Below are positions 62,101 through 64,000 of a DNA stretch of 64,000 nt, in pieces. The notes under the pieces are model-generated. The model was not told the DNA's origin and made no database searches. It worked only from the letters and a program-made list of their open reading frames with translations. The DNA comes from Haliotis cracherodii (lineage: Eukaryota). The stretch lies in NCBI RefSeq assembly GCF_022045235.1, contig NW_027266267.1:32860001-32924000 (forward strand). Direction: 5' to 3'. Position numbers and translations under genes: made by a program. The number at the start of each line of letters is the position of its first letter. The first letter of the stretch is position 1.

Positions 62101-62950
62101 TCGGGGGGAATGCGGAAGGTACCCTATGTACATATGTGCTTATAAGCGTGTAGTTACTTATTGGTACAGAATTTTACATTTGCCTGAAAATAGATTAGTT
62201 AAGAAATGTTATAGATTATTATTACTTGATGTTAATAATGGTAAGATCAACTGGGTCTCTAAAATCAAACACATTCTCTGTTCGTTTGGTTTTGGCTACA
62301 TATGGGAGATGCAATTTAGTAATAATAGTAGAAGCTTTATCTTGGAATTTGTAAACCGTTTAAAAGCCTCATCTGAGCAAGATTGGCATGCAGCTGTTTC
62401 ATCTAGCACTAAATCCAAGAGTTACTCTCTTTACAAAATTTCATTTGGCTTAGAAAGCTATATCAAGGTAGTAAATGTTTCAAAATTCAGAGCTGCTCTT
62501 GCTCAGTTGAGATGCTCCTCCCATCGGCTGCGAATTGAGACCGGTCGATATATTAAGGAAATTAGAGAACAGAGACTGTGTTTGATGTGTAACCAGAATT
62601 TTATTGAGGACGAATATCATTTTGTGCTTGTATGCAATGCTTATAATAATTTAAGAGCTGAATACATTCCTCCTAAATATTTTACAACCCCTTCTAAAAA
62701 TAAATTTAATGCTCTTATGTCATCCACTAACTCTAAAATCATACGAAATCTAGCAGTCTACGTTTACAAAGCTTTTCGACTTCGTTCATTACATACAGTC
62801 TAAATATTTATTTGTGTATATGCATGTGTATGAATGTGTATGGATATGGATGTATATGTAAACTAGTGGTAATTCTTTTTTCTCCCTCTCTGTAAATACT
62901 TCTGTGTAATAGGCCTACGGCCTAACACTTTTTGTGAATAAACAATAATA
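59200..62950 (+). mobile_element. CR1/L2-group LINE: ORF1 tail plus near-complete ORF2 (APE-RT), one frameshifting deletion near 61195
   Basis: WNVNGL, LCETWL, GGDFNART, VIDY, KSPGND, NYRGISLL, QAGFR, VDFKKAFD, LLFADD and a C-terminal Cys/His motif. The 3' UTR has AATAAA. Confidence 0.93.
59400..62803 (+). pseudogene. LINE ORF2 endonuclease-reverse transcriptase, split in two frames
   Basis: The 583-aa and 586-aa ORFs overlap at the junction LNSRL / SQAGFR. Confidence 0.88.
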
Positions 62951-63451
62951 TATTTTCATGTAAGAACGTTGTATGATTTTGAGATAAAATGAAGTTATGT
63001 TTTTCCCTAGGCTGTAAAACTAGCTTTTGTATCTTGTACATTTGCCTTTTAACTTCTAAATGCTTGAAATTATTTAAAATATTCTTTCCAAAATTTTGAA
63101 GTTGAAGTTGAAATGAGTTTAAAGCTTTTGTTCTGCTTCAGAAGTCCCCGGTGAATCGGAAATGGGGAGAAAAGAAAGAAAAGGTAACTTTACTTTTCAG
63201 TTGCAAAATCTGCTTGAAAACCCGAAAAGTCAAGGTCGCTGGTTTGAATGTGTTAGTGAATATTGTTCTGTTTGGAATTATGATGTTTCACTATATAGTT
63301 ACTGTTACAATTTATTACGTGTGTTTCGTAGTGTTCAGAACTCCTAGTACTGAACAGTGTTTTATGTGATACTTTTCATTGCATGTCTCCAACAATCACT
63401 AAAACGTACAGCACATTCTGGAACCGAGATTAAGATGATTCGTTTTTAGAG

Positions 63452-63716
63452 TTTGTTTTGTTTGTTGTTTAACGCCGCACTCAGCAATATTCCAGCTATA
63501 TGACGGCGGTGAGTAAATAATCGAGTCTAGACCAGACAATCCAGTGATTGACATCATGAGCATCTATCTACGCAATTGGGATATAATGACATGCATCAAC
63601 GAAGTCAATGAGCCTGACCACCCGATCCCGTTAGTCGCCTCTCACGACAAGCATAGTCGTCTTTTACGGCAAGCATGGGTTGCTGAAGAAGTACTCTAAC
63701 CCGGATCTACATGGTC
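63452..63716 (-). mobile_element. Repeat family 2 copy (near full length)
   Basis: tttgttgtttaacgccgcactcagcaatattccagc...ctaacccggatc. Confidence 0.8.
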
Positions 63717-64000
63717 CTGTGCTTGAAGGGTCTCGTTTTTTAGAAAAATGCTCCATATGTCTCCAGATGTTTTCATTTTGATAATGCTAGACATGTAAGA
63801 ATAGACTATATATACTCTTCCAAAAAAATAGAAACGCAAAGCCAGATTTGTGTGAGGTAGGAAAATACATTTAAACGAGGAACCGTACATGGTATTGAAA
63901 AATTCTTGTGGAGATCACTCTATGACCGTTTTGTTGATGCACTGCATGGGTGCGTTTTTCCGAATCGTAGGCCTACGTACGTGTTTCCCGATTAATGCTT

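Overview
AT-rich, repeat-dense animal genomic DNA with five N gaps. The SINEs resemble those I associate with abalone (Haliotis) and other gastropods, but the species is an inference. The main biology is a minus-strand tandem cluster of paralogous immunoglobulin-superfamily receptor genes that the ORF track shows only in fragments. Reading splice sites by hand gives one apparently complete gene (copy A): join(complement 47962-48022, 47422-47724, 44499-44798, 42693-42998, 42201-42329, 41873-41897, 41487-41554, 40256-40300, 33982-34106), 1362 nt, 453 aa. Its architecture is signal peptide, atypical Ig, Ig-like, FN3, transmembrane helix, and a tail with four Tyr motifs. Downstream are copies B and D (leader, Ig1 and Ig2 apparently intact, FN3 dead, no TM found), an orphan Ig1 (C), a dead leader (E), and the start of copy F, which runs off the left edge. 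The cluster carries LINEs, Tc1/mariner, Gypsy and DIRS/Ngaro relics, SINEs, MITEs and at least seven minisatellite arrays. The two largest arrays are in-situ amplifications of transposon coding sequence: an 88-bp piece of a Tc1 transposase and a 47-bp piece of a Gypsy integrase core. No prokaryotic system or CRISPR array is present.
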